This document shows positions 22,810 to 36,304 of a stretch of DNA of 64,000 bases, one piece after another. The DNA comes from Catajapyx aquilonaris (lineage: Eukaryota). Both the position numbers and the translations under genes were made by a program. Where the stretch lies: assembly GCA_000934665.2 (NCBI GenBank), contig KZ538119.1:1-64000 (forward strand). The letters run 5' to 3'. Within the stretch, counting starts at the first letter, position 1. Each line of letters begins with the position of its first letter. The notes beneath the pieces were generated by a model. The model was not told where the DNA came from and made no database searches. It was given only the letters and a program-made list of their open reading frames with translations.

Positions 22810-25023
22810 TCACCGTGGGTCTGATTTGGTCTGTAGCACCAGCTTCCATTTTTCCTCTCCAAGTAAGAAAACAGCCTCCTCGTAGGTGGGAGGGGGGGCC
22901 TCTTCACCTCCTCCTGCACCCCCACCTCCACTTCCACCCCCTCCTCCACTCACACCCTCCCCATCTCCCACCTGGGGCCCCACCACAGAGTCGTAGGAAG
23001 GAGGAAGAGTCATGGCACTGGCATTCCTCATCATACATGCCTGATTGCGGGATTGCCTTGCAAGCTCCTGTAGATCCTGCAACAGGTGCATTAAGCTTTC
23101 CCTCCGGGCATACTCTTAAAATCCAATACAGCGCATACAGCTGCTTGTTTACCACCTTCTCCGTAAAGGGGTTCGGGTATTAAAAAATTAAAACGAATGA
23201 CACACACAAAAACCATGAGGAATCTGAGGTCTGCATGCAAGGACAGAATTATGAAACGCACATATTTAGCACGAAAAGGATAACCTTGGTTGCACATGAT
23301 TCAGCTGAATGGAATAAGTAAGGCCTTCACTAGTTGCTAATCTAATCAGTTTTGGCCCAGAATAACTGCTGAATGTCACTTTGGTGCAATTATAATGACG
23401 TTTCTGGAATGACTGGTCAAAAACCACATAAAAACTACTTGTACCAGCAATAACCCACGAGAAGCTAGATCTACTTGAGCAAATTATTTCACACTTAATC
23501 ATTTGTAGAATTTTGTCCCTGCTTTACTTACTAACAAATAGGTTTGAAATCACCAAATATCACCCATCATTTCTCAATAAGTGACAGCATCACTCAAAAA
23601 GTGCAGCAATCTTTTCCGTATTGATGATGATTATGGCCACAAGCAGTGATATACAGGGTGGTCCAACTTTTTTGTCCGAACAGCTATTGACAAATTCGGC
23701 CTAAGCTGCTTATGTTGTAGCGCGTTACCTGGCAACCCTGTCCGGCGGGCCAATTCAAACATCAGCCCATGGAGAGCGCTTCCATTGTTGCCACTGTTTA
23801 CAAATCGAGTGAGTGACGCGGATGACCCAGCGACGGATCTCTTCTGCCTGCGCACTCACTCATTCGATTTGTAAACAGTGGCAACAATGGAAGCGCTCTC
23901 CATGTGCTGATGTTTGAATTGGCCCGCCGGCCGGGGTTGCCAGGTAACGCACTACAACATAAGCAGCTTAGGCCGAATTTGTCAATAGCTGCGTGATAGA
24001 CAAAAAAGTTGGACCACCCTGTATGTTACAACACTAGTATATAAATCTAGAACTCAGGGTAAATAAAGTAAAAAGCAAAATAAATAAATGAAATTGGCAC
24101 CATGAAATCAAAATACTATGCAACCTTTTCAGGAGGTACCAGAGTGACTACACAAATCGAAACACTTAAGGTACTATTTAAAAAACTGAATATGTACAAC
24201 ATTTGAACACAAAATAGCAAAGGAGAAAGAGAAGGTGGTTCTCTCTATTTGCTGCATGATAGTAGTGGATGTTCAAAACGAACACAGAAAATGACTCCTG
24301 TGCCTCAATGCACTTTTGGATTTGTCAATTTGTACATGGCGCATGGGATATAGCTGATATTTATCACTCTTCTGGCCAAAGTAGCTCTCAACAAAGAGAC
24401 TAAAACAAATGTCACATTATCAGTATTTTAAAAAAGTTGCTCCCATATGTACATTGTATTCCTTTTCTGATCATGTCTCAATGTAAGTAAGTTGTAAAAC
24501 ACTACGTAATATTATTTTCTACAAGACATTCTCAAAAAGAAGCATGAAAAGTACTAATTAACAACTCACTTGTCAGGAAATATGTGCAGCTTACTAAAAA
24601 TTGCTCAAGATGTTTTGCATACCTGTCAGACTACTAAGAAGCAATGCTAACAACAAAGCAAAGCAAAGTTATACCTCCATGCATTGAATTGCCATACAGC
24701 ATTATTTGAAGTCAGGAAGTGGGGCATGTCATTCAATACCAATACAACAATGGCAACAGTGCACTGACCCGAATGAGTGCTCGCTGCCTCACAATCATCT
24801 GCAGCAAACTCTTCTTACGCAGGTATATGACGCTCTTGACAGCTATCATGAGCCCGGACGAGATAAAGATGGGCCCCACCAACCACATGTGTCCCAAAGA
24901 TGCAAACATTCTGCCATGAGCATCACCAAGGGCCAACACAGTTATAACAGTCCCAACCCCAAAGAGGGCCAAAGAAAGTGCGAAGTAGGAGTAGGAGGTG
25001 CAGTCACATTGACCCATAGACAT
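22810..25023 (-). CDS. Uncharacterised small two-pass membrane protein with two C-terminal PPxY motifs, ~173 aa
   Basis: Exons 25023-24769 (MSMGQCDC..., two hydrophobic helices YFALSLALFGVGTVITVLAL and MWLVGPIFISSGLMIAV, then a basic stretch) and 23076-22810 (LPPSYDSV, Gly-rich linker, PPPTYEEAV). Phase-0 junction CGG|gtcagt ... ttgcag|GAT. Probable non-coding upstream exon(s) lie near 26505-26650. Confidence 0.8.
23654..24021. mobile_element. Near-perfect 368-bp palindromic MITE (TA TSD)
   Basis: TA|cagggtggtccaacttttttgtc ... gacaaaaaagttggaccaccctg|TA; arms of ~165 bp with few mismatches. Confidence 0.9.
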
Positions 25024-26639
25024 GGACCCTGGACTGCCCCTTGAGCTACCCAGCCGATGGTGCACACCTCTACCTTCAATCACAAGCGAGAAACATTAAC
25101 CATGAGAACAAATAGTAGTAGTATTTTTACCTTTGCCTAGCACTACATGGTATAACCTGGTATTTGGCCCAGACTGTTTCTACATGCACATTATTACTTT
25201 AGCCTACATGGTTGTCATTCCTTTACATGGTGCAAGCGTGATTCCACTGAATATGAGTCCACTAAATGTATGCATAATTAAGCGTACAGTACATGGATTT
25301 TTACATGGTTTTTTTTACAAATCCTGAAGCTTTAGCTTGTCCACCTTTCAAACAAAGATTCGCTGATATATCAGAGTTAAAAGTCATCTATGTGGCCTGA
25401 CCAGTCACTGGAGGATACATTGTAAAGGTAAAGCGATGACCAGGTACATTCACCTGGTCATCGCTGGCAACACCATTTTGGGGAAATCCTGTGATTGTGA
25501 AAAGTGATTCCAACATGGGACAGAGGTGTACCCCACCTAGCAAGAAGGTACCCTCAATGTGGACAATTTGTGAGGAACATCACTCAATAATTCACTTTGA
25601 CATCAGAATGAGATGAAAATTGACAATATTTTTCAAGGTTGGTAGTCAATCCACAGTGACAATCCTATGTCACTGGTGATGACAATGTAGTGGTGGATCT
25701 GTCCAGTGTTGTACCAACTGAACGCCAAAATGAAGGGTGGGCATCAACAATTTATTGAACTTGCACTGGCTCCAGATCACAAAAGGAAACCAGATTTGAT
25801 AAGCGTAAAAATAGTAGACATCTGATGCCTCTGGAACTTTCCTCCTGCATTTATTCACAACCATGCTCACATACTGCTGACAGCTCACTTTCATCTGAAT
25901 CACTATTGCAGGCTTGTTACTTGGTAATTGGGAACAGGAAGGGGTATGAAGGAGCAGAGGAGAATATTGGGAATGTATGAGATCATGTCCAATTCCTATT
26001 TCAGTGTTAATTTAGGACCGTGATTCTGTCCCATCATCACCATTATTATTACTTTTTTTATTTTGTTAGTTTTTTAAATATTTATATATATATTTTTTAT
26101 TTATTTATTTCAGCCACATCACCATGCTTGTTTCACTCTGATTATGATTGTCAAGCAAGACTTGAGATGTATTGTTTAGCACCTAAAGCCATACACACAA
26201 AAATAACCTGTCAATCCTCCTTCACAAAACTCTGACTGAGATATGACCCCACTCCACACGAACAGTAACCCCACAAACGCCACAATATGAAATCAAAACA
26301 AAAACAAGAATTCATTAGACTACCTCCACATCCCCCCACATACAGCAAATGTAAAATTGCAATAGGTGCCAGCAGCCTGTCCTCACAATGCACAAGCAGC
26401 TGTCAATTACCACCAGAAATCATGCATGAACCTCAACACATGTGCAGACCACCCCCCCTTCTCCCTCCCCGAGACTGACACAAAGGACTCCACTGATAAA
26501 AATACCTTCAACGTCCAGCTCCTCCAGCCGTCGCCCCTGGGCCACCCTGAGTCTCTGCGGCCCGTAGTAGTATCCCTCCATGTCTCCCCTACCCTGGCTG
26601 GCTCCTCAGACCTCCATGTAAGCCCGTAAATAAATGAAG

Positions 26640-26990
26640 CTCCTCTCCTCACGTCAACCCTTTGCCTTCTGAACCCCCTTGACTGCTTCCCATTTGCTCA
26701 CACAACACAACAAAGTACTTTCAACCCGACTTACGACTACGCACTCGCAAGGCGGAGTCGTCACATGTCAGGAGGGCAAGGCAGACATATTGGCACAGGC
26801 AAATCAGACGTGGAGGGTACAGTCCAGTCCAAAATCAGGCTGAATTCGCATCATTTTATGCCTGCCTGTACTTCTCTTGCTGAGAGCCCGTGCAGAAGAC
26901 GTCGTCGTCTGAAGTCGCCCCCCGACCGCCTCCCGACGCACGTCGAGTAGAGCTGCATCGCGGGTGACAGCAGGGGCTCGGGAAAAGATG
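26640..26990. promoter_or_regulatory. CpG-rich divergent promoter shared by Vps18 (+) and the PPxY membrane protein gene (-)
   Basis: Local CpG enrichment immediately upstream of the Vps18 ATG; head-to-head gene arrangement. Confidence 0.5.
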
Positions 26991-29900
26991 ACGAACTTGT
27001 TCTATCAGTACGAGAAGGCCTCCCAGATGTACCCTGGGAGAGCCCCGGGGCCTATCCGGCCAGAAATGGTAAGCATAAGAAGTGCTCTGGGGCTGTTGCC
27101 ATTCAGGGCTTCGTAACACTGTAATGTGCTGGAGGATGAGCTCGGGTGACCCGACCTGGTATCCTTTGCAATCAGTGGAGATAATAGGTGGACGTACCGG
27201 TACTGGGAATGTTCCTGCCCGTTTCATGTGCATCACATGAAACTGGCGCATAATGTAACAAGTCAGTGCAGCGGCAGTGCGCATTCCAAGTGTTCGAGAA
27301 AGCGGAATTGCATGGAACACCCTGTGTAATACTGAGCTCAGTTTATTGCATTCGTGGTACTTGCACATTCTTCATTACAGAGTACGACGGGTTTCATCAA
27401 CATTAAGATGGAGATGGATGTCCCAATTTTCAGCCGTAGTCGTGTCAATTACGATCCACCTCATCCACTGACTCATCTGGTGGCATCATCAAACAGGCTT
27501 GTACTTGCCCTGGCCAACAAAGTACTGCGTCGGTTTAACCTGAAGAATCCAGAGGCTGCCGAAGGTATTTTCTTGATTCATATTCCATGACTTTTTGGTA
27601 ACAGGTCATATTTTTCACATCTATCCTTTTTCCCTCCTTGCCATATTCCCTCCTAGCCATATTTTATTTAGGTGGTCCTTGTTTTACAGTGTAAATATTA
27701 GGAATTATTCTATACTTCACATATTTCCAGTAATAATCCTAGATTGTAGCCTAGTTAGAGGTGCTTTGTTCAGAGGTGACTCACAGTACGTCTTGCTTAC
27801 AGACATTGATATATCGAAGTTTGCTTATCAAGCCAACGTGAGTGGCTTGTTCCTGGATCCACTGGGCCATCATTTGTTGGTGTCAGTCAAGCCCCGAGCA
27901 ACTGACGGCCAATCAGAACTTCTGTATTTGTCTGGTCGTACTCAAAAAGTTCGTCAGGCTAACAAGTTCAAGGGCCACCAAGTCACAGCTGTTGGATGGA
28001 ATTACAAGACTGGAAGTGAAAGTTGCACTGGTCCTATATTACTGGGAACAAACAGAGGCCTGATATTTGAGACGGAAATTGGTGGTGATGACAAGATTTT
28101 TCAGAGTGGCCTGGAGCAGTACTGGAGACAGGTTAGACTCGTGACTGCTCATGACTCTAATAGTGTCATGTTTAACTAATTTGTAAGTAGTATGTGTCAT
28201 TGAATTTGTTGTTCTACATTTTGTGCTTTTGTCCTTGTTTGCAAGCTGCCCACGTACCTGCCACTCTATGGAGCTAGGGAAATGGATGGATTGGTGTGTA
28301 AATTATGACTATCAATATTAATACTACTATTGTATACTGAAATATGATTAGCAAGTATCAGTTCTGACTTTTGTGTGAGGGGAAAGCTTGGAAATGACAT
28401 GCCATGTTGTCCTAGGACATACTCAACACGTCAGCCCCTGCTTCTTGTGTATAACAAGTGCAGCTGGCTCTTTTACCAGAACTAGTTGCTTTGCATTGCC
28501 TCAATTAACTACAAACTACAAACTCTCAGTGAATGCCACTGATGAAAGAATGCTGTCAGCTGGTTATGCCTGATTTTTATGAAATTGGTCTCATTCTGCA
28601 CACACAACAGGAAAAGGTAATTTAAAAAATGTGTGAATGGGTTTTTAAATGCCCATCTATGCACAAAAGAGAAGAGAGAAAAGCCACACTTGCTCGCTCA
28701 CCTGAAGGGTGAGAAGTGAAGTTTTCTAACAGTTTGTTGTGAGCAAGGGATCCCCACAAGGCCCATAAGTATGGTGCACATGTCTGCGTCACTGAGTGTT
28801 TGTGCCTGCAAAGTGGTCTAGCCTGCATTGGGCTGTCTAATCAGCTGCCTTCCTGGCCACCAGTCACATATTGTGCGCTCAAATCCCGACCCCATCACCA
28901 GCTTGACAACTACCTGACAGGCCCCTCTGCCCCCTAAGCCCCTGGTCACAACTTTGCTTTGCTTTCTTATGGACAAAACAGCCATGTTCTCACATTGGCA
29001 TTTGCAAGCCCCTTTGAACAATGTCATCAGATGCCAGGGTTTGAACCCCTGTGTCCTCATTTAAGCTTTTTTCTGTAGAATTTCTTTATATGATATTTTT
29101 GCATGCTGTGCATTTTAGCAGATCTGCTAAAATGCACAGCACATTGAATCACAATGTGGTGTTTCATAATACCTAGAGACTTAGAATGTGGTGTTTCATA
29201 ATACCTAGAGAAATAATATTTGTGTCACTGTCAAACAAAACTCAATTGACAACTTATTTAAAATAGTATGGAGATAATTATCTAGCACAATGCACAAACA
29301 AAATGTAGATGAATTAATTGGATAGCTCAATAGGACAAGGGCCCCTCCTCATGTCCAGGGTGAAACAGGGTGGACATAGGCCCTTGTTCTATGGTAGCTT
29401 ATTCACTGCAATAAAAAAGTATTTGTTTAAAATGTTATTCTACGATTGAGCAACCACTAAATGAAATAAAGTGGGAGTGCTTTGACCTCTAAAAATCCCC
29501 ACTCCCATTTACCAGACAAGTGTATAGCTGTGTGGCAATAGGCTGTTGATCCCATGACCTTGATCAAGAAGAGACATTTCTCCTGAAAAGCAGGGTCCTA
29601 AATATAAATGACTCACAATACTTACTATATAATACTTATGAATAATCGTGGATTGCATGTAAATGTTCACTCTACATAATGGGACATAATCAGAGCTTAC
29701 CTACAACTATTCCTGAATGGCTAACATAAGCAAATTTTATGTTTACTACCACAATAAATTGTATTGTACATTTATTTACTAGAGCTGAACGTCAATGTAC
29801 TGTTGGCTATCAGGCTCTTAATTCTGATTAACCTGCTGTTGGTTTGAAATTTCTTAATTAGGCAATCTTTTCCCAATTTAGGTCTTTGACTTGGGCAAAG

Positions 29901-32900
29901 GTTCGGAGGTTCCAATCACTGCCATTGAGTTCCGACACACTGGCGAGCTAGATCGCTACTTCATTCTGGCAACAACCCCAACTCGCCTGTACCAATTTGT
30001 GGGTCATGCTTCTGAACATGATCACCCCATGCTGCAGCAGGTGTTCAACAACTACCTAACCATACCTGAAAGTTTCCAAGAGCTACTGGGAAACTTGGAT
30101 TACTCATGCCTCCAATTCTATCCTTCTGGAGCCCCAATACCAAGGTTTGTCTCTTAATTTTTTGTGTTAAGTCATTTATCTACAATCTTGCCAATCCATT
30201 GTGGACTGTTTCAAGGATCATTACATGCATAATTGCATTATTCTGGCACAGTCACTTCAAACCATGATTAGTTTGTAAGTTAAAATATTAAAGTTTTAGG
30301 TGACATGCGGTGGCATATGCCTTCAAATATGTGCATGTAAAGCTGTAAAGAATAGCTTTGTAAAAATCATTTAGACTTTAGAGTTAGAGGAATTAATAGA
30401 TGCCACATGTGCTCTGCATTAATAAGTATGTACTGAACTGTGACATAAATAAATACAGTATAATCTCCTTTGGTGTCAGGATTCCTTGTTTACTTCTCAT
30501 CTACCATATGTGTTGTTGTTATACAGTATTTATTCTTCAGGGGTAAAGCCTGTTTTCAGAGTTTCTTGTGAGATTACTTGTGCAAGACCAGTACGTAGTG
30601 TTAGTGTAGAGCAGTGCTTCCCAAACTGTGGGTTCCAACCCCTTGTTGGCGGATCGAAATGGGCACATATAGGGGGTCGCATATTTTACAAGACGATTTT
30701 GCCAATGAAAGAAATTGGGAAGCACTGGTGTAGAGGGTGATGAACAGTTTCAGTGCAGACAGATTCTCTGATAGATTACAAATAACTGAAATGAAGTTAG
30801 GTTAAATATGTGACCATTAATAACTTACCATGACACTGGAGACCATACTATTTAGTTTGAAAATATGAACTGATAGAATTGAAAGATTACAGCATGAGGT
30901 AAATAAACCACCAAGGAAGTCTAGTCTGCTGGCTAGGCTTTCAGTTGGTCATGGGGAGATTCTGGGTCGAAGGAAGTGGTTTGATGCCATAAAATTCATT
31001 TGAATTAGTTTTATTAATGGGAAGTGAAAGTAATTGATTCACTTATATTCTAGATTGTTTGCATGGATGAATGGTGCTGGGGTCTTCCATGGACGCATAG
31101 ATGCTGGAGGTCAAACCCAGGTCACTGTGGACTCAGAATTGTTGGAATACCCTCCGGTTGAAGGCCATCCATTGAGTCTGGTCCTCACAGAATTTCACAT
31201 ACTGCTGCTGTACAGGGACAGAGTGCAGGGTGTATGTACACTGGATGGGCAGTTGGTGTTTGAAGATAGGCATAACTATGAGGAGCATGGCCCCATGATT
31301 GGGATGATCAAAGATGGCACATCTGGAACGGTGTGGGCATACACTGCACGTTCAGTGTTCAAATACAAGGTTAGTGTTGCAAAATGATTTTGTCAAATAC
31401 ATTTTCGTGTAATGAATTATACTAATTTGATTTGCTAATTTGAAAGTCTCACTTTCATAACTTGTGACCCTCCAAGTTTGCTTGAAATGACAGAAATATG
31501 TTGTCCTGCACTTAGATGATCCCATTTCGATTTAAACTGGAATTGTGAAAGGGCTTATATTTATATTTTCTTTGGCAGGTGACAGATGAGGCACGCAACA
31601 TGTGGCAGGTGTATGTGGACCGGGGCGAATTTGAACTGGCTAAGCAATACTGTGGCAACAATGAGGCCCACCTGAACACAGTCTTAGTTCGCCAGGCTGA
31701 GAACCTCTTTCAACTTGGGGACTATCCACAAAGTGCATTCCACTTTGCTCAGACCCAGGCCTCATTTGAAGAGATAGCCCTCAAGTTCCTCAGAGCCCAG
31801 CAACACAAAGCTCTGAAGACATTCTTGTGTCGCAAGCTGGACCACCTGAAGCGTCATGAACAGACTCAGAGCACCATGATTATCCTGTGGGTAGTGGAGC
31901 TGTACCTGAATCAGTTGGGAGCCATGAGAGATCAGGACAAAGGAAGAGAGAAACAGGAATATAGGGAGTTGGAGGAGGAATTCTTGCAGTTTCTTGGGAT
32001 GCCAAGGACCAAGGAATGCATTGGTAACATACAAGGTATGCAGATTTGGATTTACGAGACAGAATTTGGAGTATCTTTCAAATGTGATGGAGCTGGATAG
32101 TATTACATTAGAGCAGTGCTGTTGGCAACCCCAAAAAATCGTCTCGTAAAATTCGCGACCCCCAGATGTGCACATTTTGATGCCCCAACATGACAGACTG
32201 GGAAACAGTGAAATGAAAAGTCATTGATAACTATATTGTGGAGTACAGGATCTGCATTGTTCTGTAACTTTCCTTACGGGCATAATATTTTCAAGAGAGA
32301 GAAAATCATTTGTTACCCTCTCTTGCGACCCCAAATATTAATTTCAGGACCCACAGTTTGGGAAGCACTGCATTAGAGCAATTTCCAGGCACCTCGTAGA
32401 CTTATTTTTAAAATGCCCATTGTGTGGATCATTATTTCCATTGAACTATGGTTACTTGAAGCTTGACTGTCATGAGGTAGTGCACAGGCAACTCTAGCTT
32501 TAGCCTAAAATAATCGCCTTTCTGAAAGAACTCTCTTGCACTGCAGGTACAGTGTGCAAGCTATTGGAAAGTCATGGTGACAAGGACAATCTGGTGCAAG
32601 TCAGCGTGCTGCTGAAAGACTACGAGCGTGTGGTGCACCATCATGTGCAGAATGGAAACTACCATTCTGCTCTAGAAGTCCTTCAGAAGCAAGGGAACCC
32701 TGATCTATTTTACCGATTTGTCCCAACCTTAGTCCAGTCAGTCCCTCGGGAGACTGTGGATGCCTTGATTCTTCAAGGTAAGCAATGTTTGGCCATTGGT
32801 AACACTTTCTTCATTCTTAGCATTACCATTAGAAATGAGAACCACATTTTACAATAAGAAATTTTATACTGCCTGTCCACACTTCAGCAATTGATTTTGA

Positions 32901-35900
32901 TTTTGTTTGTTGTAGCTCGTAGGTTATGAATGAATAATGCAATAATTATGTGAAGTCATTATTATAGGCTGGAAGTATTTTCCATCTGCAATTACAGTAA
33001 CTCACATGAAAAGCAGCCCAGTGTCACAATGTCTTTAATGTGAAGATTTGAATGTTTCAAGAAATTTTGAGGCATAAACATTCAACACTAAAGGTTTCTT
33101 CTCACTTTCTCCGACAAGGTCGACGTCTCCAACCATGCAAGTTGATTCCTGCCTTCGTATTGTGTGACCAAATCCAGAATCAGAAGTTAGGCAAAGAAAT
33201 TATGCGCTACCTGGAGTTCTGTGTGTGTAAACTGGACTCACCTGAAGAGTCGATACACAATTACCTACTGTCACTTTATGCTATGGGTGATCCAGAGAAG
33301 CTCATGCCCTACTTGGAGAGCCAGGGAACAGATGCAGCAACAGTAAGGTACAACCCTCAGTATGCTCTGAGGTTGTGCTTGGATCAAGGTCTGGACAAAG
33401 CCTGCATTCACTTGTACACATTGATGCACATGTATGAAGATGCAGTGGATCTGGCACTCAAAGTTAGTGTAGAACTAGCCAAGCAAACTGCTTCCCTGCC
33501 TGATGAAGATGATGAGGAGCTGTGCAAAAAGCTCTGGCTCAAGATAGGTGAGTGTGAATTGTAGGGGAGACTGGGGCACAGTGGACCACGGGGCACAGTG
33601 GACCTTACCATTTTAAAAATCGAAAAAGCCGCCAATTTTTTTTCATTTGATACCAAGTGAAACAAGTCACTGCCATGCTCCTGCCAACATGGCTGGCAAC
33701 GGCTAGCGATCGATCGATCGATAGATATCCAGCGAAATCGATTTGAAGATAAGTGAAGTAAATTACTAACCCACAGTTTAAATGCCACTTCAGGCGTAGA
33801 TGTTGGGCATGAGCCTGATATAAAAATCTTGTGGAATAGTACCGCCCTTTGTCCATGAATACCGGAAGTTTGGTAATCCTAACTTGCATTTGAAGTTACA
33901 ATCATAGCATTATGTCAGTTGCTGCTGTCCGGGGCACAGTGGTCCAGTCGTTTGCGGGGCACAGTGGTCCATGTACCACTGCCCCGAAATGCACACTGTG
34001 TCCCGAAATGAATAGCTGTAAAACTAATGTGAGACAATTCTTTAAAAAATGTGAATTAGGTAGAAAAAAGAGCAAAACTGTGATTTTGACAAACCACCCT
34101 CCAAATGAACAGCTGTAAAAAAAAAAGTGAGACAATGATTTTTAAAATGTCAAATTGGTAGAAAAAGGGGCAAAACTGTGATGTTGACACAGTCCTCAAA
34201 ATGAACAGCTGTAAAAAAAAAAATGTTAGGCAATGGTAATAAACTTCTTGTGTGAATTAGGGGTCCCAATCATTTCCGGACCACTGTGCCCCACCTATCG
34301 GGGTACAGTGGACCATTTGCAGGGGGTCGCTTCTAATTTTTTTTAAAGCCAAAAGGATGGCACTGCCTGTGAATATAGTAGTGACTTATATTACCAAGGA
34401 GTATCTCCACCATGCCTGAAAATATTGGGTGTGGAGGTATAACAGGTAGGTATATAAAAATTCAAATGTGCAAAAGTGGTCCACTGTGCCCCGGTCTCCC
34501 CTACTTATTAACAAAAGTAAGGTTTGAGGCAACTGGTATGATCACTGTTACACTCTCAGTAGGGTTATTTGTTTACCAGTCAGTGCAGCTCCAGTGTAAC
34601 AGCAGTGAAAACACTGCATTAGTTTATTCCAGTGCAGGTGGAACAGAAGGCATGGCCTAGATACACTGCATTTGCTTATTCCGGTTGTAAGCTCAGGTTC
34701 ATGCTTGGATTGAATAGTGTGAAGCAGTGTGAAGTTTTCTCAGCTTACCCTGCGACATCACTACACTATCCCTTACCCTACACCTGGCAGTAAACAAATA
34801 ACCTACTGTGGCGTGTGAACTATGTTCTTCTGGCACCAGTAGCTTGATAAAGAAATGTGTATGTTTTATTACCCGTAGCACGTCATGTAGTCAAAGAGAA
34901 GAATGACATTAAGCAGGCAATGGCATTCCTGCAGCAGTGTAACCTGATCAAGATTGAAGATGTCCTTCCATTCTTCCCTGGGTTCATAACAATTGACCAC
35001 TTCAAAGATGCCATATGTGCTTCACTCCAAGAATACAACCAGCACATACAAGACCTCAAAGAGGAAATGGATCAGGCCACGAAATCAGCTGAGGGAATAA
35101 GGCAGGAGATTCAGTCGTTTAGAAGCAGGTTAGTAAATTGGATGTGTGTGTTAAAAATGCAAGGCTGAGGTATTATGTGGAAGGCTATTGTACAGTGTTG
35201 GACATTAATCGCGTCGTACTGCTAGCGACATTATTTTCTGATGCACTAGATGTGCAAATCGAAATGATAGAGTACGAGCCGTGCGAAACAGAAGAGGTAG
35301 ACTTTGGGTGACGTCACCGGCTGGGAGTCAATGGAGAAAAAGGCTTGTCTCCAGCCGGTGACATCACCCTAAGCCTACTATTTCTTTCTCGCATGGCTTG
35401 CACTCTATCACTTCGATTTGCACGTCTGCCGCATCGGAATATGTCGCTAACAGTACGCCGAGATTATGTCCAACACTGTACAATTTATTGTACAATATTT
35501 GATCGGGATAGATGACTGGATCTTCATACAAAATTCACTAACCCTCATTTTCCCTGTATGGTATAATCTGAGTATGAAAAATTGATAATACGTATTAATA
35601 AGGATAACACTTTCTTAGCCACATGGATGTTTCTCAATCCATGCCTTATCTCCACACTCCCAGAGATTATGGATGTTCAGCCTAATGCTAATTTTTTTCT
35701 GTAACATTAATATCATTTGCAGGCACACTGTTGTGAAGGGCCAGGATAAATGCAGTGTGTGCAGCTATCCATTACTGAGTCGTGCCTTTTACGTGTTTCC
35801 GTGTGGGCATCGCTTTCACTCAGACTGCTTGGTTGATGAACTGATGCCCCACCTCACACCCTCCAGGAAGAAAAGATTGACAGATTTGCAGGTAAATATC

Positions 35901-36304
35901 TAACTCCTTGTGAAAAAGTCAAAGTAAACAAAATCATGAGTCTCTCTCTCTCTCGGTCTTCCATATTGCTGCACAAGAAATAATTAGCATCAAGACCTCT
36001 GTAATTCAGTTGCTTTTTATGATAATGCCTCTGATCTAAAAGTGCAGCCAATAGTCCTGTACACAGAAAGGATTGTTATTGAATATTGACTTTACTCTTC
36101 CCCCAGCAACAACTAGCATCAATGGCTGGTAAGGAAGAAACTGCATCTCAGAGTTCCATGCTGGTGAGCACCAGAGAGCAGGTGAAGGCAGACATTGATG
36201 ACATTGTTGCATCCGAGTGCCTTTATTGTGGGGATCTAATGATCCGCTCACTGGACCTGCCCTTCGTGAAGGATTTTGACCGTGTATTGAAGGAGTGGGA
36301 GTGA
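26988..36304 (+). CDS. VPS18: Vacuolar protein sorting-associated protein 18 (deep orange; HOPS/CORVET core subunit), ~968 aa, 11 exons
   Basis: Exons: 26988-27068, 27381-27564, 27803-28131, 29882-30144, 31054-31369, 31579-32035, 32547-32777, 33119-33547, 34879-35128, 35723-35891, 36107-36304; phases are consistent. Motifs LFLDPLGHHLL, ILLGTNRGLIFE, SFEEIALKF, KKLWLKIARHVV, KIEDVLPFFP, C-terminal RING-H2 (CSVC...FPCGHRFHSDC...ECLYCG). Confidence 0.96.
29104..29211. repeat. Perfect 38-bp palindrome followed by a ~27-bp direct duplication
   Basis: tgctgtgcattttagcaga|tctgctaaaatgcacagca, then aatgtggtgtttcataatacctagaga twice. Confidence 0.9.
30612..30727. mobile_element. hAT-type (Charlie-like) MITE with 8-bp TSD
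   Basis: gtgtagag|cagtgcttcccaa ... ttgggaagcactg|gtgtagag. Confidence 0.85.
32114..32370. mobile_element. hAT-type MITE, same family as 30612-30727, with 8-bp TSD
   Basis: cattagag|cagtgct ... tttgggaagcactg|cattagag; internal aaaatcgtctcgtaaaattcgcgacccc matches the reverse complement of 30672-30700. Confidence 0.8.
33564..34501. mobile_element. 938-bp non-autonomous DNA transposon (TA TSD) with repeated GGGGCACAGTGG(A/T)CC motifs
   Basis: TA|ggggagactggggcacagtggaccac ... gtggtccactgtgccccggtctcccc|TA; internal ~75-bp tandem duplication at ~34010-34230; inserted 16 nt after a Vps18 donor. Confidence 0.88.
35193..35478. mobile_element. Palindromic MITE (TA TSD)
   Basis: TA|cagtgttggacat ... 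atgtccaacactg|TA; arms pair over ~130 bp. Confidence 0.82.

Noticed and set aside
27159..27167. GTATCCTTT (U12 donor consensus) inside Vps18 intron 1
   Set aside because: Read-through from exon 1 hits a stop before it, there is no U12 branch site at the next acceptor, and the same 9-mer occurs at non-splice positions (8820, ~62789). Probably chance.
33564..34501. Regularly recurring GGGGCACAGTGG(A/T)CC motifs as a CRISPR-like array
   Set aside because: Irregular spacing, both orientations, and bounded by TIRs and TA: these are subterminal transposon repeats in a eukaryotic intron.
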